The notes under the pieces are model-generated. The model was given only the letters and a program-made list of their open reading frames with translations, was not told the origin of the DNA and did not search any database. A DNA stretch of 64,000 nt, from positions 41,332-105,331 of the IMG/VR virus record IMGVR_UViG_3300026097_001200. One strand, given 5' to 3'. Every line of letters begins with the position of its first letter. Positions within the stretch are counted from its first letter, which is position 1. This DNA comes from a virus. A program made the translations under genes and the position numbers. Positions 9,060 to 17,542 of the stretch are shown in pieces.

Positions 9060-9135
9060 GCTACGGTGGCTCGAATGGTTAGGCAGAGGACTGCAAATCC
9101 TTTTCACGCAGGTTCGAATCCTGTCCGTAGCTCCA
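9060..9135 (+). tRNA. trnC: tRNA-Cys(GCA)
   Basis: Acceptor stem GCTACGG/CCGTAGC, U discriminator, anticodon loop CT-GCA-AA, encoded CCA. Confidence 0.95.
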
Positions 9136-9151
9136 ATTTACAAGGAAAAAT

Positions 9152-9772
9152 ATGTCACTAATTCCAATGGTAGTAGAAAGCACAGCAAAAGGCGAACGTG
9201 CTTATGATATCTACAGTAGACTGCTCAAAGAACGCATTGTCATGCTCAACGGTGTGGTAGAAGATCACATGGCCAATACCGTGGTAGCCCAACTGTTGTT
9301 TTTAGAATCAGAAAATCCAAACAAAGAGATCAGTTTGTTTATCAACAGTCCAGGTGGCGGAGTCACAGCAGGTCTCAGTATCTATGATACCATGCAGTTT
9401 ATTAAACCTGATGTAGCAACCTATGTGATGGGGCAGGCAGCCAGTATGGGATCGTTTCTAGCGCAAGCCGGTGCTCCGGGTAAACGCTATGTGTTGCCCG
9501 AATCACGTACAATGATTCACAGAGTCAGCTCAGGTACACGTGGCACATCAGGCAGTGTGCATGTGCAGGAACTGGAGTTTGAAGATCAAAAGCGACACCT
9601 AGACGAAAGCAAGAGAATCAATCAACGTTTGACTGAACTGTACGCACAGCACAACACCGCAGGAAAAACCTACGAAGATCTCTATGAAGACATGAAGTTT
9701 GACACTTTCTTAAGTGCACAGGAAGCGGTAGACTACGGTTTGGCAGATCAATTGGTAGAAAAGAGAACGTGA
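9152..9772 (+). CDS. clpP: ATP-dependent Clp protease proteolytic subunit
   Basis: [37 protein letters not shown] (catalytic Ser), MIH, and EAVDYGLAD. Confidence 0.97.
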   Translation: MSLIPMVVESTAKGERAYDIYSRLLKERIVMLNGVVEDHMANTVVAQLLFLESENPNKEISLFINSPGGGVTAGLSIYDTMQFIKPDVATYVMGQAASMGSFLAQAGAPGKRYVLPESRTMIHRVSSGTRGTSGSVHVQELEFEDQKRHLDESKRINQRLTELYAQHNTAGKTYEDLYEDMKFDTFLSAQEAVDYGLADQLVEKRT

Positions 9773-10140
9773 AATTCACAGCCGTTCGTGGCAGGTATCT
9801 ACCAAAAAATCCAGAAAAATACACAGGAAATGTAAACTGTATTACATACCGTAGTCTCTGGGAGAGAAGATTCATGCTCTACTGCGACAGGTCTCCAAAA
9901 ATACTGAAATGGAGTTCTGAAGAATTACACATACCTTACGTGGGCGTAGACGATCGGATACACAACTATTATCCAGACTTTGTTGTCGAGACACATGACG
10001 ATAGAACCATTGTAGTAGAAATAAAGCCTGGCTTTCAACGAGGCTGGAAGATAAACAAAGCAAAGTGGAAAAGTGCCAAAAGTTTTTGTAGTGCACTTGG
10101 GTATGAATTTAAAGTACTAACAGAAAAGGAGTTGTTCTAG
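9769..10140 (+). CDS. head completion nuclease (T4 gp4-like, TnsA endonuclease fold)
   Basis: GRY.PKNPEKY.G, YRSLWE, WSSEE..IPY, YYPDF, VEIKP and F.VLTEKEL. Confidence 0.9.
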   Translation: MKFTAVRGRYLPKNPEKYTGNVNCITYRSLWERRFMLYCDRSPKILKWSSEELHIPYVGVDDRIHNYYPDFVVETHDDRTIVVEIKPGFQRGWKINKAKWKSAKSFCSALGYEFKVLTEKELF

Positions 10141-10340
10141 TGACCTTGCCAGTTGAACGAAAAAATGCAGTTTTAAATGTTGAACAGTTTTTAATGGACC
10201 TTCGAGATCCTAAAAAATATCCACGTGTGCCCGGAGCAGTGCGTGAACAGGCAAGCAGATTGCTCAAGCATTATCCTAGCAAGTTTGATATGGAATCTGC
10301 GGCGGAATCCGCCCCTGATGTTTTTGGAGATAAACTTTGA
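10140..10340 (+). CDS. hypothetical protein (BPSL0761-like)
   Basis: MTLPVER.AV...QFL.DL...PRVP..VR..A..LLKHYP pattern. AGGAG RBS. Confidence 0.7.
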   Translation: MTLPVERKNAVLNVEQFLMDLRDPKKYPRVPGAVREQASRLLKHYPSKFDMESAAESAPDVFGDKL

Positions 10341-10738
10341 TTACCTACAGCACCAACTGGATGGGTCCGGTCAATATGCAATGGTTTGAAGAACGTGGGT
10401 TGGTTGAAAATAACAAAATCACCACATACTATTCAGCAGGTCGTATTGATATTCGTGACAGTAGTAAAGAAGGTTATGATGGCTGGAATGAATACAGTCT
10501 ACCTCCTATGCACGGTGAAGACTGGAATGACTTCAGTAGTTGGTTAGAAAGTTTTCAAACACACGAACTGTGGGAGTTTGATGACATCATAAAGTTGTAT
10601 GAAAGTGCAAGTGGTAGAAAGATCCGGTGGGCAGAGGACACTTGGTATAAGTGTTATGAATGTGGATTGGTCACAGACTTACGAAAAACTACAGTGCATA
10701 TTCACAAGATGGGTTGTAGTAGGAACTGGGATGAATAA
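10337..10738 (+). CDS. hypothetical phage protein with C-terminal CxxC...H..C
   Basis: GGAG RBS, TTG start overlapping the upstream stop. Confidence 0.7.
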   Translation: MITYSTNWMGPVNMQWFEERGLVENNKITTYYSAGRIDIRDSSKEGYDGWNEYSLPPMHGEDWNDFSSWLESFQTHELWEFDDIIKLYESASGRKIRWAEDTWYKCYECGLVTDLRKTTVHIHKMGCSRNWDE

Positions 10739-11009
10739 AAAAGAAATCAATCAGATGGAATCCAAACTCAGAGAGAAACTGATGAGGGAGCGGTGGGAGC
10801 TGACCGCCAAACAAGAAGCATATGACAAGGTGAAGATGGAAAGTTTCAAAGCGAGTTCTGCTCTGGAAGGTATTAACTACAGCGAAGAAGTGTCATGTAA
10901 AGATCATCCTGATGCACCACATGGATTTGATCGCGACTCAAGTCACGCACTGGGTCGCTATGTTTGCGAGTGTGAAGGCTGGGAGCCAGAAGATGAAAAC
11001 GATCACTGA
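10731..11009 (+). CDS. hypothetical protein with YhfG/Fic-antitoxin-like SxxxEG motif and Cys/His tail
   Basis: Start moved to MNKKE at 10731. Contains ESFKASSALEGI and CKDHPDAPHGFDRDSSH...YVCEC. Confidence 0.6.
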   Translation: MNKKEINQMESKLREKLMRERWELTAKQEAYDKVKMESFKASSALEGINYSEEVSCKDHPDAPHGFDRDSSHALGRYVCECEGWEPEDENDH

Positions 11010-11214
11010 CGAAGAATACGAGTTGTTTGAGAGACTCAAAAACATTTGGATGCACAGTGCTCCTAAACAGAGCGGACGGTATTTTGTCTGTGGTGAAGGT
11101 GGTGATCGAGATACGGTGGGATTGCCTGAGAAAATTCTAGTGTGTCCAGCCTATGGGTCAGATGGCTTCGCCATATACACCAAGACCACAGACTATTCAG
11201 CACCAGGATATTGA
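10993..11214 (+). CDS. hypothetical protein
   Basis: GGGAG RBS before MKTITDEE at 10993. Confidence 0.7.
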   Translation: MKTITDEEYELFERLKNIWMHSAPKQSGRYFVCGEGGDRDTVGLPEKILVCPAYGSDGFAIYTKTTDYSAPGY

Positions 11215-11224
11215 GGATTAGAAA

Positions 11225-11431
11225 ATGATTGAGATCAATGAAAGAACAGCTAAATTCACAGAACTTAAACCATACGACTTCACTGCCAAACCAGATGACT
11301 ACATGGAAGTCTGTGAGTGGTCAAACGGCGAAGGGGTTGATGTTAACATTAACTCAAACGGTGACCAACGATTCAGTTTAACTTGGGGTCAGTGGGAAGC
11401 GTTAAATGCATTGATAGCATACAAGGAGTAG
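11225..11431 (+). CDS. hypothetical protein
   Basis: GAGGA RBS, compact operon. Confidence 0.7.
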   Translation: MIEINERTAKFTELKPYDFTAKPDDYMEVCEWSNGEGVDVNINSNGDQRFSLTWGQWEALNALIAYKE

Positions 11432-11434
11432 AGC

Positions 11435-11758
11435 ATGGAAATTGAATCAATGGAAGCAGAACAAGGCATCACTCCTAACAGTTGGGTTATCCTAGAAATC
11501 AATCATGAAGGCAAGCAGTTTCAAAAGATTCTGAGTGGCTGGAGTGGTGGCTATCTCGATGGTGATACATGGCGTCTGAGCAGCCCTATCAAGGAACTGA
11601 ATATACAAATCGACAGTGAGTGGATAACAGCAATCACAGAAACTGGCAGCACATATAAATTGTTAAAAGAATCTCAAGGATTGCGTATGAGCAATGCTGG
11701 AATATACAACCGACTGAAAGAACGGTTCGGTGATATGGTAGAGATAGTGGAGTTATAA
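11435..11758 (+). CDS. hypothetical phage protein (GWSGGYLDGDxWRxxS family)
   Basis: AAGGAG RBS. The motif is of a kind common in large phages. Confidence 0.75.
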   Translation: MEIESMEAEQGITPNSWVILEINHEGKQFQKILSGWSGGYLDGDTWRLSSPIKELNIQIDSEWITAITETGSTYKLLKESQGLRMSNAGIYNRLKERFGDMVEIVEL

Positions 11759-12033
11759 TGTTTGAATCAGGAAAGACGTATACCAATCGATATGGAGACG
11801 AGTATTCGTGGATTGTGATCAATGATAATACCTATCGATTTGATATGACTAATAATGGTCCTAATTATGCTCGATGGGGTGGAAAAGAGGGACAAGAAAA
11901 GATGGACATGAATGATCTAGGAATGTATGACCCAAGTGGTGGCCCATATATCACGATCGGGATGGAAATTGATGGACGTCCGATCAAAAGACTTTTTATT
12001 CTAAAAGGTGTATTTGTAGAGGTGAGTGATTAA
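11758..12033 (+). CDS. hypothetical phage protein (NRYGD...DPSGGP)
   Basis: GGAG RBS and TAATG coupling. Confidence 0.7.
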   Translation: MFESGKTYTNRYGDEYSWIVINDNTYRFDMTNNGPNYARWGGKEGQEKMDMNDLGMYDPSGGPYITIGMEIDGRPIKRLFILKGVFVEVSD

Positions 12034-12205
12034 ACTTCCTAAACGTAAAATATTCCGCTTTCTGGTTAATACTTTTGATCAAGTAAACTTTTTGATTCAA
12101 GATCGATTCAATCTCAATCCAAAGCGCACAATTCTAGAAGCACAGCAAGACCTTGTGACTCTCAATGAACTTGAAAGGACCATTGGCAAAAGTCTTGGCC
12201 TATAA
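12026..12205 (+). CDS. hypothetical protein (59 aa)
   Basis: Manual translation from GTG: MIKLPKRKIFRFLVNTFDQVNF...IGKSLGL*. GAGGTG RBS, and it fills the gap. Confidence 0.55.
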   Translation: MIKLPKRKIFRFLVNTFDQVNFLIQDRFNLNPKRTILEAQQDLVTLNELERTIGKSLGL

Positions 12206-12208
12206 ATA
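12201..12208 (+). promoter_or_regulatory. T4-type late promoter TATAAATA
   Basis: Exact TATAAATA, 6 nt upstream of the ATG at 12215, with no SD. Confidence 0.7.
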
Positions 12209-12214
12209 CTGCTC

Positions 12215-13180
12215 ATGAAATTAGAAAGAGTAGTACTTGAAGTTTTCGGCGGTTGTAACTACACCTGCGACATGTGTCCGCAAAGCACAGGACGTGGTCG
12301 CGACTTCACTCGCAAAATGCCGCTGGACCTGTTTGAATCTGTGCTTGATCAAATCACTCCACGCTACGGTACTCCTGTAATCAACCTTGAAGGTTCTGGT
12401 GAGCCTACGCTAGCACAGGACCTACCACTGTATGTAGAAGCTTGCACTCGCCGTGGATTGCCCAGCTTTATGTACTGCAACGGCGCACTGCTAAAAGGCA
12501 CATTCATGCAGGATGTGGTAGACGCTGGCATTGACTTTGTGAGATTCAGCTGCATTGGCTACAACAAAGAACTGTATGCCAAGTGGATGAGCACTGACAA
12601 CTTTGACTTGGTTAAACAAAACGCTGTTGACGCACAAGCCTATATAAAACAAACCAACAGCAGTTGCGAAATCAGCAGCTATCATCTCATACTCGATCCT
12701 GACCGCATGGACTACGAAATTTCACAGTATCAAACCAACTTTATTGATCCTGTTGGCAGTGTGGGTTATATTTGGAAAATGCACAACTGGAGTGGCAACT
12801 ACCAACCATTGTACTTTAGAAATCCCAAACAGAGAAAAACCTGCGGAAGACCATTTGCACCTGAACTCACTGTGAGAGCAGGAGGACTAGATGGCAAGCA
12901 AGGAGCAGTTACACCCTGTTGTCAGACCATGGGCCCACCAAACGAAGCACTCAGTGTACTAGGACACTTTGAAGACCAAAGATTCGAAGATATCTACTGG
13001 GGAGATGCATACGAACAGCTGAGATCTGCTCACAGCGAAGGCAGATTTGACGACATTGAATATTGCAAAAACTGTGATTTTTTGTACGATGATCCCGAAG
13101 TACTGGTATGGAGCAATGATCCAAATGCCAGTGTCAACTACATGCTGGGCACTGACTTTAAACTCAGTGACTATCAATGA
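12215..13180 (+). CDS. radical SAM protein with C-terminal SPASM/Twitch domain
   Basis: CNYTCDMC and GSGEP. C-terminal CGRPF...PCC...CKNC. Confidence 0.92.
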   Translation: MKLERVVLEVFGGCNYTCDMCPQSTGRGRDFTRKMPLDLFESVLDQITPRYGTPVINLEGSGEPTLAQDLPLYVEACTRRGLPSFMYCNGALLKGTFMQDVVDAGIDFVRFSCIGYNKELYAKWMSTDNFDLVKQNAVDAQAYIKQTNSSCEISSYHLILDPDRMDYEISQYQTNFIDPVGSVGYIWKMHNWSGNYQPLYFRNPKQRKTCGRPFAPELTVRAGGLDGKQGAVTPCCQTMGPPNEALSVLGHFEDQRFEDIYWGDAYEQLRSAHSEGRFDDIEYCKNCDFLYDDPEVLVWSNDPNASVNYMLGTDFKLSDYQ

Positions 13181-14010
13181 CCGACGCAGACTTTGTATGG
13201 GCAGAACCAGAACGCATTAACACTCGTGTAGGCAGCACTCTTACTAGATCAAAAAATTCATTAAATGAAATCTGGTGGTATAAAAAACCGGGTTATATAG
13301 ATGAAACTGTGGCATATATTAAACAAGTTTGCGAGTTTACAGATTCAGACAGTTATGTTATTGAAACTACTAGCGATGCACTAAAAAACTTAGTGGATAC
13401 AGTAAACTACATGAGTGTTTACAGAATGTTCTCGGATACCATGTGGGGACTACTTGCAAATGATAAAAGGCCACGATGCTATAGATATGACTCAGACTAC
13501 ATGCCGCTTCACAACAAGTCAGACAAATCTTTTTTTTACAATCTAACTAAATTACACCAGTTTTACACCGATCCTCCGTTACTTTTTCGGACGCCTTTTA
13601 GTATTGGCGCCTTGCAGAAAAAACCTCCGTTTATGCTTGCTATTCATCCTGGGTCTTATAGACTTTTTTCTACTCTTTTTTTGCCTGAAAATATTTATTG
13701 TTGTTTGTTACTGCCAGTAGACGCACATGCATTAATCAATAATTTAAATATAGAATTCAATAAAACAAAAACTATTCTTTCAATAAACAACAAAGAATTA
13801 ATTAAAACACTGAATATTAATCTTTACAGTAACTTGCATATTTCTTGGAGTTCTCAAACAGGAATACAACTTGTCGAAAATCACTCCGAGTTAGCAGAAT
13901 ACGCAAAGCAATACGAAATCAAATGGACTGGTAGACAGTTTGTGGTAAATGATGTTATAATTGCAACACTTAAAAATAATATTTTTATTCCACCTGGCCC
14001 AATAGGATAA
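13177..14010 (+). CDS. hypothetical protein (AT-rich)
   Basis: 277-aa ORF coupled by ATGA. HPGxxR motif, function unknown. Confidence 0.7.
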   Translation: MTDADFVWAEPERINTRVGSTLTRSKNSLNEIWWYKKPGYIDETVAYIKQVCEFTDSDSYVIETTSDALKNLVDTVNYMSVYRMFSDTMWGLLANDKRPRCYRYDSDYMPLHNKSDKSFFYNLTKLHQFYTDPPLLFRTPFSIGALQKKPPFMLAIHPGSYRLFSTLFLPENIYCCLLLPVDAHALINNLNIEFNKTKTILSINNKELIKTLNINLYSNLHISWSSQTGIQLVENHSELAEYAKQYEIKWTGRQFVVNDVIIATLKNNIFIPPGPIG

Positions 14011-14014
14011 TAGC

Positions 14015-14725
14015 ATGGCAACAATTGAAGAGAAAGAAGAACTTGTAGATACACTCAAAGGACCAAAGTACTATCGTATCCAGATATCTGGCTATGGCGG
14101 CGAGAGTTCCTACATGAAAATCAGCAAACAAGCACATGATTTTTGGCAACAGGTTACAGAAGAAAACGGCGAAGATGATCTTGTTCAGTACATGCTCAAC
14201 GCTGAAGATGGCAATCTCGACGACCTAGAAGTAGTAGTGCCACCTGAGGCTATGTTTATGGTAGATGAAGACGGCGACGGTCGGCCATGGTACGAGCCGG
14301 TAGAAGAAATTGATCACTCGTTTGGTGCTAGTCTTCAATCCAGTTGGATCACAGTAGACGAAATTGACTCAGATGACTACAATGCAAATTATGTTGCTGA
14401 AGTCATCAACCGACAAGATATTTTAGAATTAAATGATCAACTGTGCGAAGATCACGAAATTGAGATCATATCCATGAGCTGTTGTGACGAACCCGAAGAT
14501 GCACCTTATATTGCTCAAATGTATTCAATGGAAAAGGGCTGTTTTTGGGAAAGCATTATTGAAACAACAGGCAAATTTGATCCTAAAAAACTTGTAATTT
14601 ATACTGTGGAATTTCTCAACGGCGAAGACACTATAACCGAAGTACACTACGACGGTATAGAAACAGAAAATTTCGGAGGTGATACCAACGGAAAGGGATA
14701 CACAGCCGCAGTTTGGAGTAGCTAG
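14015..14725 (+). CDS. acidic hypothetical phage protein
   Basis: AGGA RBS. GYGGE...EKG.F...FDPKKL...GDTNGKG. Confidence 0.75.
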   Translation: MATIEEKEELVDTLKGPKYYRIQISGYGGESSYMKISKQAHDFWQQVTEENGEDDLVQYMLNAEDGNLDDLEVVVPPEAMFMVDEDGDGRPWYEPVEEIDHSFGASLQSSWITVDEIDSDDYNANYVAEVINRQDILELNDQLCEDHEIEIISMSCCDEPEDAPYIAQMYSMEKGCFWESIIETTGKFDPKKLVIYTVEFLNGEDTITEVHYDGIETENFGGDTNGKGYTAAVWSS

Positions 14726-14807
14726 TGTACTGACTCGCTAAATACTCTTGGCAACAGGAGTATACCATGTCCATTCAATTTGTTGTCCGGAGTCGGTGAT
14801 CTGGACC

Positions 14808-15275
14808 ATGCGTGATATAAACTTAAATCAAGTTATTGAATATATCAATGCACAAGGTCCAGAAACCAGAATCTATCTCGGAGCCGATTCAGCTCGAATT
14901 AACAAAAACAGCACGTGGTACGCTGAATATACCGTAGCAGTGGTAGTACACATCAATGGATGCAACGGTTGTAAAATCTTTGGAGAAGTTTCTAGAGAAC
15001 GAGACTTTGACAAACGAATAAATCGGCCCGCTCTGCGCTTGATGACCGAAGTATATAAGGTCAGCGACATGTACCAACGATTAAATCCACACATTGCACA
15101 AGATATAGAAGTGCACTTAGATATCAATCCTTCTGATAAATATGCCAGTAGTGCAGTAATTCAGCAGGCAATTGGCTATATAAAAGGCACATGCAATACA
15201 ACCCCTAAGGTTAAGCCGGATGCCTGGGCAGCATCCAGTGCTGCTGACAATCTCACATCAATTTTAGCAGCATAA
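14808..15275 (+). CDS. RNase H-like protein (YkuK/RNaseH_like family)
   Basis: IYLGADS, RLMTEV, EVHLDINP and AASSAAD acidic motifs. Start moved to MRDINL. Confidence 0.85.
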   Translation: MRDINLNQVIEYINAQGPETRIYLGADSARINKNSTWYAEYTVAVVVHINGCNGCKIFGEVSRERDFDKRINRPALRLMTEVYKVSDMYQRLNPHIAQDIEVHLDINPSDKYASSAVIQQAIGYIKGTCNTTPKVKPDAWAASSAADNLTSILAA

Positions 15276-15279
15276 ATCT

Positions 15280-16806
15280 ATGAAAAATCATGCATTAATA
15301 TTCCAAGTTTTTGGCAGGCCCGATGAGTGGTCAGGACGACCACTGGGCGGTCACCGTATTGCTAGCTATCTTCGCAATGAACATGATTGGGACATAGAGG
15401 TTCTTGATTTTTTCAATCAGTGGACTATCGAAGAGCTACAACAATATGTAGACAGTAGGATAAACAGTCATACCAAATTTATTGGATTCAGTTTACTGTT
15501 TAGTATATGGCCGGATACAGCAGAACAACTGTGTGCGTATGTTAAAACAAAACACCCTTACATTAAGATTCTAACAGGCGGTGCAGTCCACCCGCAGTAC
15601 AAAAGCAATCTCATTGATTTCTATGTAAAAGGCTTTGGCGAAAAAGCAGTTGAAATACTGTTACAATGGCTGTTTGGCAACGGGCCTCGGCCTGTGTTTA
15701 TGTTACTCGATGCAGAAAATAGAAAAGTCATTGATGCCAACGACCAGTATCCAGCTTTTCCAATGCGCAGTTTGATGATTCAATACGAGGATAGAGACTT
15801 TATTACACCCGAGGACACCCTGGGTATTGAGTTCAGTAGAGGCTGCAAGTTTAGCTGTGCATTTTGTAATTTTCCTGTGCTAGGAGTTAAAGGTGATTAC
15901 AGTCGTGATGCAGAAGATGCATACAGACATCTCAAAGAAGCCTATGACAGATTTGGTGTGTGGCACTATGCTATTGCAGACGAAACGTTCAATGACGATA
16001 TTAACAAAATAAGAAAATTTGCTGATGTGGTAGAACGGTTACCGTTTACTCCATGGTTCGACGGCTTTGTGCGAGCAGATTTACTGTCAAGACCTCATGA
16101 CAACGAAGAACTTGCACGAATGAATGTGCGAGGTCAATTCTATGGTATTGAATCTTTTAATCATGCATCTGCAAAAGCAGTTGGCAAGGGCATGCATCCA
16201 GACAAAGTCAAACAGATTCTGTTGGATACAAAAAAATACATGGAAAGTGTAGGCACTAAAAACTATAGAGGCACAATAAGCCTGATCATAGGGCTGCCGC
16301 ACGAAAGTATTGACAGTGTGCTAGCAACAAAACAATGGTTGTTTGATAATTGGCAAACAGAAAGTTATCACGGCTTTGCACTTGAATTAACAGCCGATCC
16401 AGGAATAAAGAAAAGTAAAATAAGTGCTGAATATGAACAGTACGGATATAAACTGGTGTCGGAGAATACCAAGAACAGTTATCAAGGACGAGATGTTGCA
16501 AGAAATGGTGCTAAAATGTCTGACCATATCTTAGAGTGGGAAAATCCATACATGACCTACAATGATGCAGTGGCGCTAACAGACGAGTTTGCAAGACAAA
16601 ATCTAACAAATGATTTTAGATGCACAAACTATCATTTATCAGCATTTGGTCATTTAAATGACATAAACAAAATATTGGCTGTTCCTCGTGGGGTAACAGT
16701 AGATCATCCTGATACCTATGGTGCTCACCTGCGTCCTAAGATACAGGAAGAAATGCTACGCCTCCTAAATCAATACAAAAGTAAAAAACTTAACTGGATG
16801 TCATGA
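15280..16806 (+). CDS. B12-binding-domain radical SAM protein
   Basis: N-terminal RPLGGHRIASYLR...IGFS...GG cobalamin-binding-like domain. SRGCKFSCAFC, DETFN, GIESF and IIGLPHES. Confidence 0.9.
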   Translation: MKNHALIFQVFGRPDEWSGRPLGGHRIASYLRNEHDWDIEVLDFFNQWTIEELQQYVDSRINSHTKFIGFSLLFSIWPDTAEQLCAYVKTKHPYIKILTGGAVHPQYKSNLIDFYVKGFGEKAVEILLQWLFGNGPRPVFMLLDAENRKVIDANDQYPAFPMRSLMIQYEDRDFITPEDTLGIEFSRGCKFSCAFCNFPVLGVKGDYSRDAEDAYRHLKEAYDRFGVWHYAIADETFNDDINKIRKFADVVERLPFTPWFDGFVRADLLSRPHDNEELARMNVRGQFYGIESFNHASAKAVGKGMHPDKVKQILLDTKKYMESVGTKNYRGTISLIIGLPHESIDSVLATKQWLFDNWQTESYHGFALELTADPGIKKSKISAEYEQYGYKLVSENTKNSYQGRDVARNGAKMSDHILEWENPYMTYNDAVALTDEFARQNLTNDFRCTNYHLSAFGHLNDINKILAVPRGVTVDHPDTYGAHLRPKIQEEMLRLLNQYKSKKLNWMS

Positions 16807-17510
16807 TAGTCAAACAACCTTATAATATTCAGCTTTGGAAACAGAACTGGCAACAGTTACCTCAAGCTAAACAAATAGAAGACAGTACAGATCATTACTG
16901 TTGGAGCTATAGAGATCTATCATTTCTCAAGGCCTGGCTCAACGACACTGTGTATATACATTCAAGAGAATTTTGCATCAAGCACAATGTTACTGACATG
17001 CAAAGTTGGTACTATCTTAGTCACTTAGAAATACAAGATTCTGACACTGCTATAGATATTGGCTGCGGATTGCACCCATGGAAGCAATATTTTCCTAACT
17101 TGATTGGCATGGACAGCTGGAAGGATATAAATCCCGACATAGTTGATGTCTTTGACAAAGAGTTTTGTTTAAACAGAACAGAATTATTTGATAAAATTGT
17201 TGCAGTTAACAGTATCCATTTTGCTAGTGCATTAGAAATGGCAGATAGAATACAGTGGATTTACAACATGTTAAAACCAGGCGGACGAGCATGGATCGGC
17301 ACCAATCTTGAAACATGGTTGATGTACACCAGCCCGGAAGATTTTCCTATTATGACTCTAGAATCTGCTGTTTCTTACATTCAATCTATACTTGGAATGT
17401 GGCAAGATCTAGCAATTGTAGTTGATTATCAATTGTCTGCAGATAAACACAGCAGTATACGCAACGATCTCAACGGCAACCTCCACTTGGTATTACAGAA
17501 GCCTGTCTAG
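16803..17510 (+). CDS. class I SAM-dependent methyltransferase
   Basis: IDIGCG motif I, NSIHF and MLKPGG. Confidence 0.8.
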   Translation: MIVKQPYNIQLWKQNWQQLPQAKQIEDSTDHYCWSYRDLSFLKAWLNDTVYIHSREFCIKHNVTDMQSWYYLSHLEIQDSDTAIDIGCGLHPWKQYFPNLIGMDSWKDINPDIVDVFDKEFCLNRTELFDKIVAVNSIHFASALEMADRIQWIYNMLKPGGRAWIGTNLETWLMYTSPEDFPIMTLESAVSYIQSILGMWQDLAIVVDYQLSADKHSSIRNDLNGNLHLVLQKPV

Positions 17511-17518
17511 CGTCTAGG

Positions 17519-17525
17519 CTAAATA
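17519..17525 (+). promoter_or_regulatory. late-promoter-like CTAAATA upstream of the tail-fibre gene
   Basis: CTAAATA, then an AGGAG RBS and the ATG at 17543. Confidence 0.6.
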
Positions 17526-17542
17526 TGTAACAGGAGTCACGA

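Noticed and set aside
8757-9207. Track ORFs 8757..9107(-) and 9022..9207(+)
   Set aside because: They overlap the three tRNA genes and are spurious.
9769-10140. Tn7-like transposon (TnsA fold)
   Set aside because: The motifs fit T4 gp4-type head completion nuclease. No TnsB/C and no terminal repeats are present.
10299-10315. GC-rich hairpin GGCGGAATCCGCC
   Set aside because: It lies inside a CDS with no U-tract, so it is not supported as a terminator.
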